The position numbers and the translations under genes were made by a program. A stretch of 64,000 nucleotides of DNA from Methanotrichaceae archaeon. GTDB lineage: Archaea; Halobacteriota; Methanosarcinia; Methanotrichales; Methanotrichaceae. The DNA lies in the NCBI GenBank assembly GCA_963803145.1, contig CAWDLW010000008.1, positions 256,001-320,000 on the forward strand, in the 5' to 3' direction. The notes below the pieces were generated by a model. It was not told the DNA's origin. It was given only the letters and a program-made list of their open reading frames with translations, and searched no databases. Shown here one piece after another: positions 23,541-33,470 of the stretch; within the stretch, counting starts at the first letter, position 1; every line of letters starts with the position of its first letter.

Positions 23541-23890
23541 AGGAGATTATCATGATCAAATATATAGCTAATCCTGACAGCGAAAGTAATTCTGGAAAGC
23601 GTATGTCATTCGTCCCGTCCCTTGAAAGGGATGGGTCTTCTGCCTGCTTTCCCTATAAGTACTCTGTCTCCTACGATCTAAAACATTTGGATAAGAGCAT
23701 TGCCAAGAGACTTATAAAAGATCTGGAGACTGCTTTATCCAGCAACCCACACTGCGGCGAATCTCTCTCGGGCCAGTTTAAAGGTATGTTTAAGCTACGC
23801 ATAGGAGATTATCGAGTCATTTATTCAAAAACCAAGGAAGGCGTTTTGATACTTCGGATAAGGCATCGCAGTGCCGTATATGAAAGATAA
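23280..23890 (+). pseudogene. relE: RelE/ParE toxin split by a 356-bp insertion
   Basis: TTG-AYRIE (23280-23298) joins in frame to YKYSVSYDLK..FKLRIGDYRVIY..RHRSAVYER after removing 23299-23654. Confidence 0.85.
23299..23654 (-). mobile_element. Non-autonomous IS200/IS605-family element with no tnpA or tnpB
   Basis: Subterminal hairpins 23309-23331 and 23614-23635; TTAT directly 5' of the left end and ..GGAAGTCAC right end on the minus strand; no TSD. Confidence 0.8.
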
Positions 23891-23970
23891 CAAATATAAT
23901 TCAAAACCTACACTTTCATCTGGCGCTAAAACTATTGGCCTTATTAGCGCGCTCAGTCGCTGCGCGGACT
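23889..23970 (+). repeat. DGR-VR-like repeat, copy A (partial)
   Basis: gcta-aaactattggccttatt-agcgcgctcagtcgc. Confidence 0.7.
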
Positions 23971-24032
23971 TAAAGGGATTGCAATTTTAGGGATTATGAA
24001 TCGGATCCACTGTTACATTGCTTTTTGCGCCG

Positions 24033-24170
24033 ACTAATAATTCAAAGCCCGCATTTGCTTCTGGGGCTAACACTAGCGGTTTTCCTAGCGCCCTCAGTCG
24101 CCGGGCGGGCTACCCCTAACCCCTCGCTGGGGGAAGGCTTTGGAGAACGCATGCTAAAAGGTTGAAGGGG
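24033..24170 (+). repeat. DGR-VR-like repeat, copy B
   Basis: gcta-acactagcggttttcct-agcgccctcagtcgccgggcgggctacccctaa-cccctcgctgggggaaggc. Confidence 0.8.
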
Positions 24171-24532
24171 ATAAGATTAACTAATCCCTTAATCTGTTAT
24201 GCCGAGGCGCTAAGGAATTCATTAATATTTAGGAAATCCCCGGGATTCTTATAAATTAATATTTGATTATATTTCAAATCTCGGGTGTGAAATATATACC
24301 TGAAAAGGCAGAAAATTATATTACTAATATAATTAATAATGTGGATGGAGAAGGAAAAAGCACTTGGTCATTATATATCTTCCAAAAGCAATTAAATAAG
24401 CATTTTCATCGAAAATACGAAAAGACCGAGAAAAGATTATTTTGACTTAATTTCTTCGGGGATTTGCCCAAGCCGATCGACATATGCTTCTGCAAGCACG
24501 AATGCCACTGAAAATAGAATACTCCTTATTTA

Positions 24533-25615
24533 TAGTTAATCCACGTAATTTTTACCTCATAGATACCCTTAAATAATTAATATACGATATAGCCGTTCAT
24601 GGGCAGGAAACCTGTAATTGTAAGACATATCTCGAAGGTAGAATTAGATCAATTGTATAAAGATGAGAGAAACATAAGAATTAAAGAACGGCTACTAGCG
24701 ATAATACATTTATACGAAGGAAAGAATGTATATATAGTAGCTGATATTCTTAAACGAAGTGAAAAGACAATAAAGAATTGGCTAAGCGATTGGAACAAAC
24801 AAGGATATGATGGATTGATACCACAGAATAGAAACGGCAAAGAACCAATGATATCTTTTGATGAATGGGATAAAATTATCGAAGAGATTGAGGACAAAGG
24901 AATGACTATAAAAGAGGTAATAAAATATGCAAAAGACACAAGAGGCGTAGAATATTCGTATAAAGGTGGTTGGAAGATTTTAAGATCAATAAAGAAAGTC
25001 AAATATGGTAAACCATATATTAGAAATAATAAGAGGCCTGTTAATGCAGAAAGTTTTCTAAAAAAAGGATAGATTCAGTAATAACAACAGTCAAAGAACC
25101 TATTATTGGATTCCTTGATGAAAGCTCTTTGCAACAGCGACCTAATACACGCAGGGTTTTAAACACCCATATGCTAAATTATCAACCTGGAAAAGTTAGG
25201 TCTAGAACTGTTTTTGGGTTCATTGCATTGAATGGAAATGATGAAGTTATGGTCTCTCACTCATCCAAGAAAGAAGATTTAATGATCTTCGCCCAAAAAT
25301 TGAGAAGTAACAATATTATGAGACCAATATGTATTGTCCTAGATAATGCTAGAATACATCTAGCTAAGAAGTTTAGGGCATTAGCCCACGAACTTGATAT
25401 CCATTTAATATATAACGTGCCATATTCCCCTGATTTAAATCCTATAGAGTTCGGTTGGAAGGATTTTAAAAGAGAGATATCAAAATATACTGATTTTGAT
25501 GAAGCTATTGAGGATGCCCAAGATTGCGCTTTACAAATATTTTATTCCAATAAAGATGGATACTCTAAGTCTTGGATAAAGCAGTTTATAAGGTAAAAAG
25601 TTGGGAGAATGACTA
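24533..25615 (+). mobile_element. IS630-family element, variant 1
   Basis: TA duplication, imperfect IRs tagttaatc/gaatgacta, HTH ORF plus DDE ORF. Confidence 0.9.
24599..25596 (+). CDS. IS630 transposase (two ORFs joined by a -1 shift at A7G)
   Basis: HTH ORF 24599-25072; FLDES..LDNARIH..PYSPDLNPIE in the -1 frame. Confidence 0.85.
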
Positions 25616-27033
25616 TAAAATCTCCAGCCAAAAAGTTTTTGGTTAGTTGCAATAATCCAATTTGTATGCAGCTCGAAGAGCCTTGTATTGAGCTAGGGCA
25701 ACGAATGGAAACACCAAATCAACCAATTGAAATATACCGTGGAGGACTAAAGGTCGAATATAAAGGAGTAGCTGTTCATGGGAAAGGGAGGATTTTCGTT
25801 AGGTGGCTACCCATGCCCGAATTATGGTTCGAGATGCAATTTTGCTATAAGTGTGGGCTTACATATCCAGCAACCATATCATCTGGTGAAGCCGTTGATT
25901 ATCTCATGAAAACAGGACCTAACCAATCTAGCAATTGGTTAAAAATCACTGGAATTCCTGAATTTGCCGCAAAAAGTAATGATCACTTATTTCCTAGCAA
26001 AGCTAAATTCCGTTCTATGCTGCGTAGCATTCGAGACCCCGATATCTTTGCCGGTAACATATACTTCCCACAGTCAAATAGGACTTGCGATTACATCAAA
26101 TTTTATCTAACAAATTTTAGGAGATTCAGAGATTTGAAATTAGAGGAAACGGCTTGGAGGTTAAAACTCGATGAGATCGATTTCACTAAACACCCCGATG
26201 ATGAATCGGATATCCTAGAAGGGAGGATGAAAAAGACCGGCGGGTTCATAATAACGCATGCTTGCACATTGGAACAATTAGATAAATCTACCTTTTCTCT
26301 TTCTGATGCTATAAATTACCTAAATGCTATTTATTTTTTCACCTCTTTTCTGAGTGGTACATGGTGTGGCCCAGCCCTTGCCAGAGGAATTATGTCTGAA
26401 CAAACAGTTTGGCAGGGTGGCATTCCTGATCGTTTGACTATGTGGACTTACCAAGGTGGATGCATCAGAGGATGGATGGGGGACATTGAAGAATTGTTTA
26501 AAAATTTCATGGTAGAATGGAGAGACAGAGAAAAACAAGATGCAATAAAGAGTTTAATACAGTGGTACGTGGAAGCAAATTTAAACGCAGGAGGAACAGA
26601 AGGGTCAATAATCCTCGTTCACTCTGCCTTAGAGCTATGTACTAACCTGAACGGGTATGAGGAGGAACGCCCAGCATACTGCATGATACGTAAGCTTATC
26701 AAAGATCTTAAAGTCAATTCTGATATAACTAGCAAACAGGCGAACTTGAGATTAGTATATGATGATAATAACTACAAATTAAGAAGAAAGGGCAATCTCG
26801 ACATATGGGACGGCCCGAGCATCTTTTCAGAACTAAGAAACGCAATTGTCCATACTAGAAGTACAAAGAACTATAGGCCGCCACTTCATCAGGTTCCAAA
26901 GGAAGCGAGGGATGAGGCGCTAGATTTAGGACTATGGTATCTCGAATTGTGTATCCTAAAAATGCTGGGGTACAAAGGGCAATATCTAAATCGTGTCAAT
27001 ATAGAATATGAAAAAGTCCCTTGGTGTTCCTAA
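25609..27033 (+). CDS. ApeA/YopA-like protein with C-terminal HEPN motif (native start probably 25666 or 25705)
   Basis: ELRNAIVH (RX4H), SALE, LWYLELCILKMLGYKGQY. Confidence 0.6.
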   Translation: MTIKSPAKKFLVSCNNPICMQLEEPCIELGQRMETPNQPIEIYRGGLKVEYKGVAVHGKGRIFVRWLPMPELWFEMQFCYKCGLTYPATISSGEAVDYLMKTGPNQSSNWLKITGIPEFAAKSNDHLFPSKAKFRSMLRSIRDPDIFAGNIYFPQSNRTCDYIKFYLTNFRRFRDLKLEETAWRLKLDEIDFTKHPDDESDILEGRMKKTGGFIITHACTLEQLDKSTFSLSDAINYLNAIYFFTSFLSGTWCGPALARGIMSEQTVWQGGIPDRLTMWTYQGGCIRGWMGDIEELFKNFMVEWRDREKQDAIKSLIQWYVEANLNAGGTEGSIILVHSALELCTNLNGYEEERPAYCMIRKLIKDLKVNSDITSKQANLRLVYDDNNYKLRRKGNLDIWDGPSIFSELRNAIVHTRSTKNYRPPLHQVPKEARDEALDLGLWYLELCILKMLGYKGQYLNRVNIEYEKVPWCS

Positions 27034-27148
27034 AATGGTAATATAGATTAGGTCTATATTCAATGCCTATGCCCTCTAAAGATCAGGCTTTCCAGGTTTT
27101 TTATATTCGCGGATTGAGTAGGATACCATACCTGAAGTGGACTCAGGT

Positions 27149-27210
27149 GGAGCGCGCTAATATAGCCATTAGCTCTAGCCCAAAAAGAAGTTTAAGATTC
27201 TTAAATAAAA
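27149..27210 (-). repeat. DGR-VR-like repeat, copy C (partial)
   Basis: Reverse complement reads gcta-gagctaatggctatatt-agcgcgctc. Confidence 0.6.
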
Positions 27211-27223
27211 ATACTAGGGTCAA

Positions 27224-27496
27224 ATGAGTTCTAGTTCCCATGATTGCTGCTGTTACGCAGGCAAGATGCGTGAGGGCAAGCATGAATTTATGGCAAGAGT
27301 TGGAGATGAGATAGTAGTCATCAAGGATGTTCCGGCGCTTATCTGCGATATCTGCGGCGAGGTCGAATACACGCCTGAGGTGTCAGAAGAGATCGATGTG
27401 ATTATGGAGGAATTCTTTGCTGGGCGGCTGCTGGCTAGGCCACTGTCGGCGGGGGAGGTTGTGTTTGGGCAGCAAGATGCGGGGTCTATGGGATGA
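27224..27496 (+). CDS. YgiT-type zinc finger (MqsA-like antitoxin), orphan
   Basis: GKMREG..VVIKDVPALICDICGE. Confidence 0.8.
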   Translation: MSSSSHDCCCYAGKMREGKHEFMARVGDEIVVIKDVPALICDICGEVEYTPEVSEEIDVIMEEFFAGRLLARPLSAGEVVFGQQDAGSMG

Positions 27497-27586
27497 GCGT
27501 CGCATATATGGCTCTAGAATCATTGTGGGATGAACTGAAAGTGTGGAATGTAGCTGTAAAGATGAATGCAAGGCAGGAACACATGC

Positions 27587-29601
27587 TCACTGCCTGTTCC
27601 AGAACCACCTGTAGAATCCTTTTGGCGCAGGTCCGCTATTATAGTTAATCATTGAGCTTATTGCCCTATAGATACATTTAATAATTAATGCGTGAAAATA
27701 CATAGGCATGGGTAGAAAACCTATAATAATTAGGCATATATCAAAGATAGACCTTGATAAATTATATAAAAAAGAGACTGATCTAAGGATTAAGGAACGG
27801 TTATTGGCAATAATACATTTATATGAAGGGAAAAACGTATATGAGGTAGCTGATATTTTAAAAAGGGGCGAGAGGACAATAAAATATTGGTTAAGCAGAT
27901 GGAATAATCAAGGCTATAATGGATTGACACCAAAGAATAGAAATGGCAAAAAGCCAAAGATGTCTCTTGATGAATGGGATAGAGTTATTAAAGAAATTGA
28001 AGACAAAGGAATGACGATAAAAGACGTATTAAAATATGTAAGGGATACAAGAGGTATAGATTTTTCATATAAATATGGCTGGCGAATTTTAAGAGTAGTG
28101 AAAAAAGTTAAGTATGGGAAACCATACATCAGAAATGAAAAGAGGCCTGCAGATGCAGAAAGTTTTTTAAAAAAGGATAAAATCAGTGCTGACCACTGTT
28201 ACTGATCCTGTTATAGGATTTCTTGATGAAAGCTCTTTACAACAGCGCCCTAATACACGTAGAGTCTTAAACACTCATTTAATAAATTATAAACCTGGAA
28301 AGGTTAGATCAAGAACTATTTTTGGATTTATAGCATTAAATGGCAATGATGAGGTTATGGTTTCCAACTCCTCTAAGAAGGAAGCGTTGATGGCATTTGC
28401 TCAAAATATAAGAAATAATAATATTATGAGGCCAATTTGTATACTTTTAGATAATGCTAGAATTCATTTGGCCAAGAAATTTAGAAAACTAGCTGAGGAA
28501 ATCGATATTCACTTAATTTATAATATCCCCTATTCACCAGATTTGAATCCTATAGAATTCGGTTGGAAGGATTTCAAAAGAGAGATCGCCAAATACACTG
28601 ATTTCGATGAAGCTATTATAGCTAGCCAAGATTGCGCTTTAGAAATATTTTATTCCAAAAAGGATGGATATTCAAAGTCCTGGGTGGAGCGATTTCTTAG
28701 TGCAAAAAGCTAGGAGATTAACTATAATAGTGTTTGCTACAAAATCCCGCTTCGTCTTCTCTGTCTGTCCTCTTCTAGAGTCGATGTAATTGGTATAAGT
28801 AGCCATGCCATCGAGCCCAGGCAGCACGATCACTTGAACGTACTTCTCATCATAGAAGCAAGGCAAAAAAGCCGCAAGGGATTTGATATCTTCAGGCTTC
28901 CTAATGACACCAACCGATGGTGCATGCATTTCAGGGACGTTTCTGCTGCGGCCTTCCATGTAGTTCAAAGACCAGGGAGCTTTGCCTTCATTGATGATCT
29001 TCCTCACGAAGTCCGCTTCTGGCGACAAGATGTACTCATACCCAAAACAGTAAAACATCATTAAGAATGCAGCGTGTACAGCAGACAAGACCCTATTATT
29101 CAAGGCCGAGTGGGTATCGAATGAATAGCCCATCTTAAGCTCACTAGGATTGGATGCATGAGCTTCAAACTCTTCATTAACGGCTTGGTAGTTTGGATCA
29201 GCCCAATTCGTGGCTTTGAGCACTGCTGTAGGGCCGTCTTCATAAGAGATAATAGCGGCAGATGATTTATCATTAGCCCTAAAACGCACGAGTCTCTCAG
29301 TGCCAACTTTCCTGTGCGCCCAAGCAATGGCCTCTCTCATGTTAGCCACGTGGGAATCGTACTTCGAGCCTATCTTGGAATTGCAGTCACCACATTCGAG
29401 CGTGGTCATATGGCCCCCTGCGTTTTTAGGAGCAATGTGGCCGAGGGTTAATGCCTGATCAACGGCCAGCGCAGATCTATCGAAATCTTTGAGGCACACA
29501 GGGCACCTGAAGGTATCAATAGTTTCAGGTTCCACTTCCGATAGGTTCTGAGAATATATGTTGAAAAGAAGCTCTCGGTGTTCCTGAGCATTGAGGCACA
29601 T
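27587..29601 (-). pseudogene. HNH-like endonuclease gene interrupted near its 3' end by IS630
   Basis: CPVC..TLGHIAP..ECGDCNSKIG; removing the IS gives the in-frame end NTINSGPAPKGFYRWFWNRQ-stop at 27587. Confidence 0.7.
27642..28724 (+). mobile_element. IS630-family element, variant 2, copy 1 (1083 bp)
   Basis: TA duplication, IRs tagttaatc/gattaacta; ORFs 27708-28205 and 28186-28713; appears identical to 47274-48356. Confidence 0.92.
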
Positions 29602-29784
29602 GGGATCTAAATTGTAAGCTCCGAGATATTTAATGCTTCGAGCATATCGAAGCTAGTACTTTAGCAAAAAAGTAGTGCAGCATAACCAGTGCTGTCAGCC
29701 TCAAGCGGTATCTATGGGATAGTAGTTACTGGTTTTCTTTACAGACAATTCTACTATCAGCCCATTCGTGCGAGGGCTTACTAC

Positions 29785-29880
29785 AGCATGCGTTTTCCAA
29801 AGCCTTCCCCCAGCGAGGGGTTAGGGGCAGCCCGCGCGGCGACTGAGCGCGCTGTAGTCACCGTTATTGTTAGCCCCAAA
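29785..29880 (-). repeat. DGR-VR-like repeat, copy D
   Basis: Reverse complement reads gcta-acaataacggtgactac-agcgcgctcagtcgccgcgcgggctgcccctaa-cccctcgctggggg. Confidence 0.8.
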
Positions 29881-30012
29881 ACGCCCATGACCTTTAAGGC
29901 TCATACATGGCCAATGAAAAACTTGGCATCAACAAAGGTTTTTCATGGGAAAGTAAATATAAGGCAGTTAAATTGTATTAGCAGGTGCAAATGCTACGAG
30001 AAACAAAAGAAG

Positions 30013-30222
30013 TCATTCGAGCCTCTCTCCGTCCATTGGGGGCTCCTTTTTAACGGGCTCTATTTTGATATAGATTCCTTTTTTATCTGTTTCGAATCGC
30101 CAAATCAGCTTATCACCTTCCTTTAAATCAAATTGTCTGATAACGCTGGATGGTACTGTAGTGCGTAGGGATTCGCTGTTCCTATTTGCTTTGGTCAAGC
30201 TGGTGATTTGACCACGTGGCAT
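30013..30222 (-). CDS. AbrB/MazE/SpoVT-like DNA-binding protein
   Basis: SESLRTTVPSSVIRQFDLKEGDKLIW. Confidence 0.75.
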   Translation of the reverse strand: MPRGQITSLTKANRNSESLRTTVPSSVIRQFDLKEGDKLIWRFETDKKGIYIKIEPVKKEPPMDGERLE

Positions 30223-30369
30223 GCCTAGTCCATTGCCCGGTTATATTATATAACATTACCGAAATATCTGCCAAAATTTCTATCTAAATAGTTTGGATTA
30301 CTTGCGCTCCTTGCCAGTTAGCTTTAAATATCTTTAGCCCATTTATAGGTAACTTAAGAGGTAATATAA

Positions 30370-30591
30370 GTGGCTCAGGATAAGGCTTCCAAAAGCGATA
30401 TAACCTCACGCAAGCGGTATGTTGGACCAATAGCTAACTGTGGTAGTCAAATCGAGAGGATTAGCGATCATGCCTATAAGATAAAGTCGCAATCAGGCGA
30501 GGAATTCTATGAAGTTATAGAGACTGAGGATGGGATAACTTGCATTTGTTCGGATTTTGTTTATCACGGCGATCAAACGGAGGCGATCTGA
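30370..30591 (+). pseudogene. Truncated SWIM zinc-finger protein, possibly the N-terminus of an archaeal transposase
   Basis: QIERISDHAYKIKSQSG..CICSDF, ending before the second CxH half of SWIM. Confidence 0.55.
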
Positions 30592-31173
30592 ATGCCCCCC
30601 ACAAACCACCCCGAAAACGCCGATCTGGTAGCGACCGATCCCGCAATCGCAGATGATTCAGCAACCACAGACACGCTATCAGAGCTAAACACAACACTAG
30701 CCGAGCTCCAACCCCTAGCCTCCAAGATCTCCGATCTGCAAAAGGAAACCCTTGAAAAAGAATCCTCAATCCTAAAAGCGATCCTGGAGAAGCTCAAGCC
30801 TCTGGTGCCTCTGCTGAGTGAAGACTGCGAGCAATGTTACCGCCGTGAGATTATCCTTCTGACCCGCGAGGAGAGAGTACAGCTTGAGGAGGGTTTAGGC
30901 TTTTTCAGTGAGTACAGGCTGATTCTCTATGAGAATGGTCTGCTGGTAAGGGCACATCGCTATGGCCAATCAATGGAAGGTCTGCACTTAGGATGGGAGA
31001 ATACAGATGAGGATGTGCTTACACCCGAGGCTGCAATAACTGCATTCGGTTTCACGGCAATTTCAAAGGGCTTGATGAAGGCTCTTGGTGAGGTGTCATC
31101 GATGGCCATTCTTAAAGAAGAGCTTGAGGGCAGGATCGCTGCATTAACTAATGCTCTCGAGACTCTATTATGA
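30592..31173 (+). CDS. Unknown protein family, paralog 1
   Basis: GGAGG SD; high similarity to 34417-34932 and 35905-36471. Confidence 0.7.
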   Translation: MPPTNHPENADLVATDPAIADDSATTDTLSELNTTLAELQPLASKISDLQKETLEKESSILKAILEKLKPLVPLLSEDCEQCYRREIILLTREERVQLEEGLGFFSEYRLILYENGLLVRAHRYGQSMEGLHLGWENTDEDVLTPEAAITAFGFTAISKGLMKALGEVSSMAILKEELEGRIAALTNALETLL

Positions 31174-31261
31174 GGCAACAGCGAGCATGCTAGCGGAAAA
31201 GTTGCAAAAGGCTGCACGAGATAATGGTGATGGATTATTTGATCTTAGGTTGGATTCAAAA

Positions 31262-31375
31262 TTCCAGATCCTTTCCCCAGCGAAGGGTCAGGGGCAGCCT
31301 GCACAGGCGTTGGAGCGCTAGCAAACCCGCAAGTATTAGCCCAGAAGAAAGTGTAGGTTTTAAGTTATCGTAGTC
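31262..31375 (-). repeat. DGR-VR-like repeat, copy E (diverged tail)
   Basis: Reverse complement reads aaaacctacactttcttctgg-gcta-atacttgcgggtttgct-agcgctc..gctgcccctgacccttcgctgggg. Confidence 0.75.
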
Positions 31376-31648
31376 TTGCCCTTCTTCATCCCGAAGACCG
31401 CATGAGCTACAATATCTTTTCATGAAAAATCCTTCAAAAAGGATTAAGCCTCGTATTTTTGCCAGAAATATCAGGATTCTTGCCAGCAATGCCGCTTCAT
31501 AAGCTTGACCTCATAGAAGGTTCACAAAGATTTTAGATCGATATCTGGTTGAAAAAAAAGAAAAGAAAGCTGCCCCTACATAGGGGCATTTCGTTTTCGA
31601 GGTTCTTGAGAGTTGCCTAGCTTTGTCTGCTCTTTGTCTAACGTTTCC

Positions 31649-33025
31649 CTAGCTTTGTTGGGGATAAGGTACCGCCTTGAGGGGGAAAGTGATTGTATCC
31701 TCGATGACTGGCGGGTTGTAGAGTTGAGGTTCGTCATTGCATTGCCCACATGTGAGCTTGGCCACAATAATCTCCTGCGCAGTTGCAGTATTGTTTTCTG
31801 GATCGACAGTGACCTTTAGATACCCCAGCGCCATTGGCAAAACCGCCTGTTTCCCGACGGCATATATGGTAGAGTTGGGGATTTCACCAGTCGGAGCCCC
31901 CCCGTTGCCGACTACGAAATATGGTATCCCGCTTATGTTATATCTCTGGTAATTGTGGGTATGGCCTGCGAAATTCGCGCTGATTCCGTATTTGTGATAC
32001 AGGTTTTCCCATGGTTCCATCTCCGAACTGGAATTGGCCCTCCCAAAATCCCAGATCGGATGGTGATGTATGGTAAACACCCCTTTATTGTTCTCCTTCA
32101 AGAGCTGCTCAAGCCAGGGTGCCTGCTCCCTTGAGAGGCTGAGTGATGTATGGGGATCATCACAGCAAGTGGAATTCGGATCCGGTGAGTTCAAGACGAT
32201 AAACCGGACACCGGCGCAATCAAAGGAATAGTTCAAAGGCATGTCAAACGCCGACCTGTAATTGACCGCATCGGTGGCTGGGGCGCATTTATTGCACGGC
32301 ATACAATGTTCAGGGCAAACTGTATAATTTTCCTCATCAAGATTTTTATTCTTAGGTTCGTGATATTCGTGGTTCCCTATGGCTGGGAAAATTGCGGATT
32401 TCGCGAGCATCCTGTCGGCACACTTGAAAAATGTGGCCCACGCAGGTTCATAATCATGACGGCAAAAATCCCCGTCATGCAAAACAAAGAGCACATTTGG
32501 TTCATTTGCGATGGCATCTGCTACGTACTTGAACCGTTTCGTCTCAGCATAATCAACACCTTCCCGAGTATCGCCGACTACAATAAAGGTAAATTGACCG
32601 CTAGTCGGCATTGTCCGGAACGTGCGATAACCAAACGCAGATGCGTCGCCTGAAGGTCTCACCAAGTAGGTATACGATGTATTTGGTTCAAGGCCGATAA
32701 GCTGAACGTGTTGATATTGGGCGGCTGTATGAGTTTCTGTCTCTTTTTCAAAAGTATGATGCTGGTTGAAATAATTCGTCGTAGCGTAGAAGATTTCGCC
32801 TGATTCTTTGGTTTCACTCCGCCAGTTGATGGTCGCTGAATCTGTCGTGGTTTTTGTTACCCATGGAGCCCAATAGTCGTTCGAAGCTTCTGTTTTTGCG
32901 CTGTTGCCGGAACAAATCCAGATAGCGCAGAGAAGCAGCAGGACTAGCAAAATCCTGCAGAGCTTTTTTGTCATTATTTCCCTCAAATGTAAAGAATAGG
33001 TTTTGAATTTAAAAATGTCGGTCAA
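31649..33025 (-). CDS. Secreted purple-acid-phosphatase-like metallophosphoesterase with FN3-like N-domain
   Basis: Signal peptide, GLEPNTSYTY, GDTR, GD, GNHE, HHP, GHTH. Confidence 0.85.
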   Translation of the reverse strand: MTDIFKFKTYSLHLREIMTKKLCRILLVLLLLCAIWICSGNSAKTEASNDYWAPWVTKTTTDSATINWRSETKESGEIFYATTNYFNQHHTFEKETETHTAAQYQHVQLIGLEPNTSYTYLVRPSGDASAFGYRTFRTMPTSGQFTFIVVGDTREGVDYAETKRFKYVADAIANEPNVLFVLHDGDFCRHDYEPAWATFFKCADRMLAKSAIFPAIGNHEYHEPKNKNLDEENYTVCPEHCMPCNKCAPATDAVNYRSAFDMPLNYSFDCAGVRFIVLNSPDPNSTCCDDPHTSLSLSREQAPWLEQLLKENNKGVFTIHHHPIWDFGRANSSSEMEPWENLYHKYGISANFAGHTHNYQRYNISGIPYFVVGNGGAPTGEIPNSTIYAVGKQAVLPMALGYLKVTVDPENNTATAQEIIVAKLTCGQCNDEPQLYNPPVIEDTITFPLKAVPYPQQS

Positions 33026-33078
33026 TATATGAGGTTTTTCTCGACAAGTAATCTAAAGTATATGCGGGCTTTGCCTTC

Positions 33079-33464
33079 GTGGGCAGTCAGTATCATCTGG
33101 AAGTAGGAGGCGAGGATTTCTACATCGATCTGCTCTTCTACCACCTGCGTCTGCGCTGCTACGTAGTCATAGAGCTGAAGATCTGCGAGTTCCAGCCGGA
33201 GTTTGCGGGAAAGATGAATTTCTATCTCTCTGCTGTAGACGACCTGCTCAGGCATGAAGAAGATAGGCCATCTATTGGGCTAATCCTCTACAAAACAAGA
33301 AATAAAATCATCGTGGAGTACGCCCTGAGAGATACGCTGAAGCCTATGGTCGTGGCCGCTTACAGATCACGGCATCATTGCCAGAGCACTTCAAGGGTAA
33401 TCTGCCGACGGTGGAGGAGCTGGAGAGGGAGATGAGAGAAGCAAATGGAAAAGACGATGAATGA
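33079..33464 (+). pseudogene. C-terminal remnant of DUF1016/YhcG PD-(D/E)XK nuclease, frameshifted
   Basis: FYIDLLFYHLRLRCYVVIELK..GKMNFYL; LPTVEELE in another frame. Confidence 0.85.
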
Positions 33465-33470
33465 TCTCGC

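Noticed and set aside
23299-23654. Group I intron/IStron or HEARO/IscB RNA
   Set aside because: No recognisable group I core and no iscB ORF; the structured part is antisense to relE and its ends fit a TnpB-type right end.
24200-24245. Possible seventh repeat copy on the minus strand (aat att aat gaa ttc ctt agc gcc)
   Set aside because: Spacing is off by one base and the conserved tail is missing; suggestive but not counted.
24263-24445. 60-aa AT-rich ORF
   Set aside because: No SD or motif; may be a remnant but is unsupported.
29689-30126. 145-aa ORF on the plus strand
   Set aside because: Reads through repeat D and antisense to the AbrB-like gene; no protein-like motifs.
31256-31489. 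77-aa ORF as the DGR target gene
   Set aside because: Short, shifts frame relative to the other repeat copies and has no recognisable ligand-binding fold; not fully excluded.
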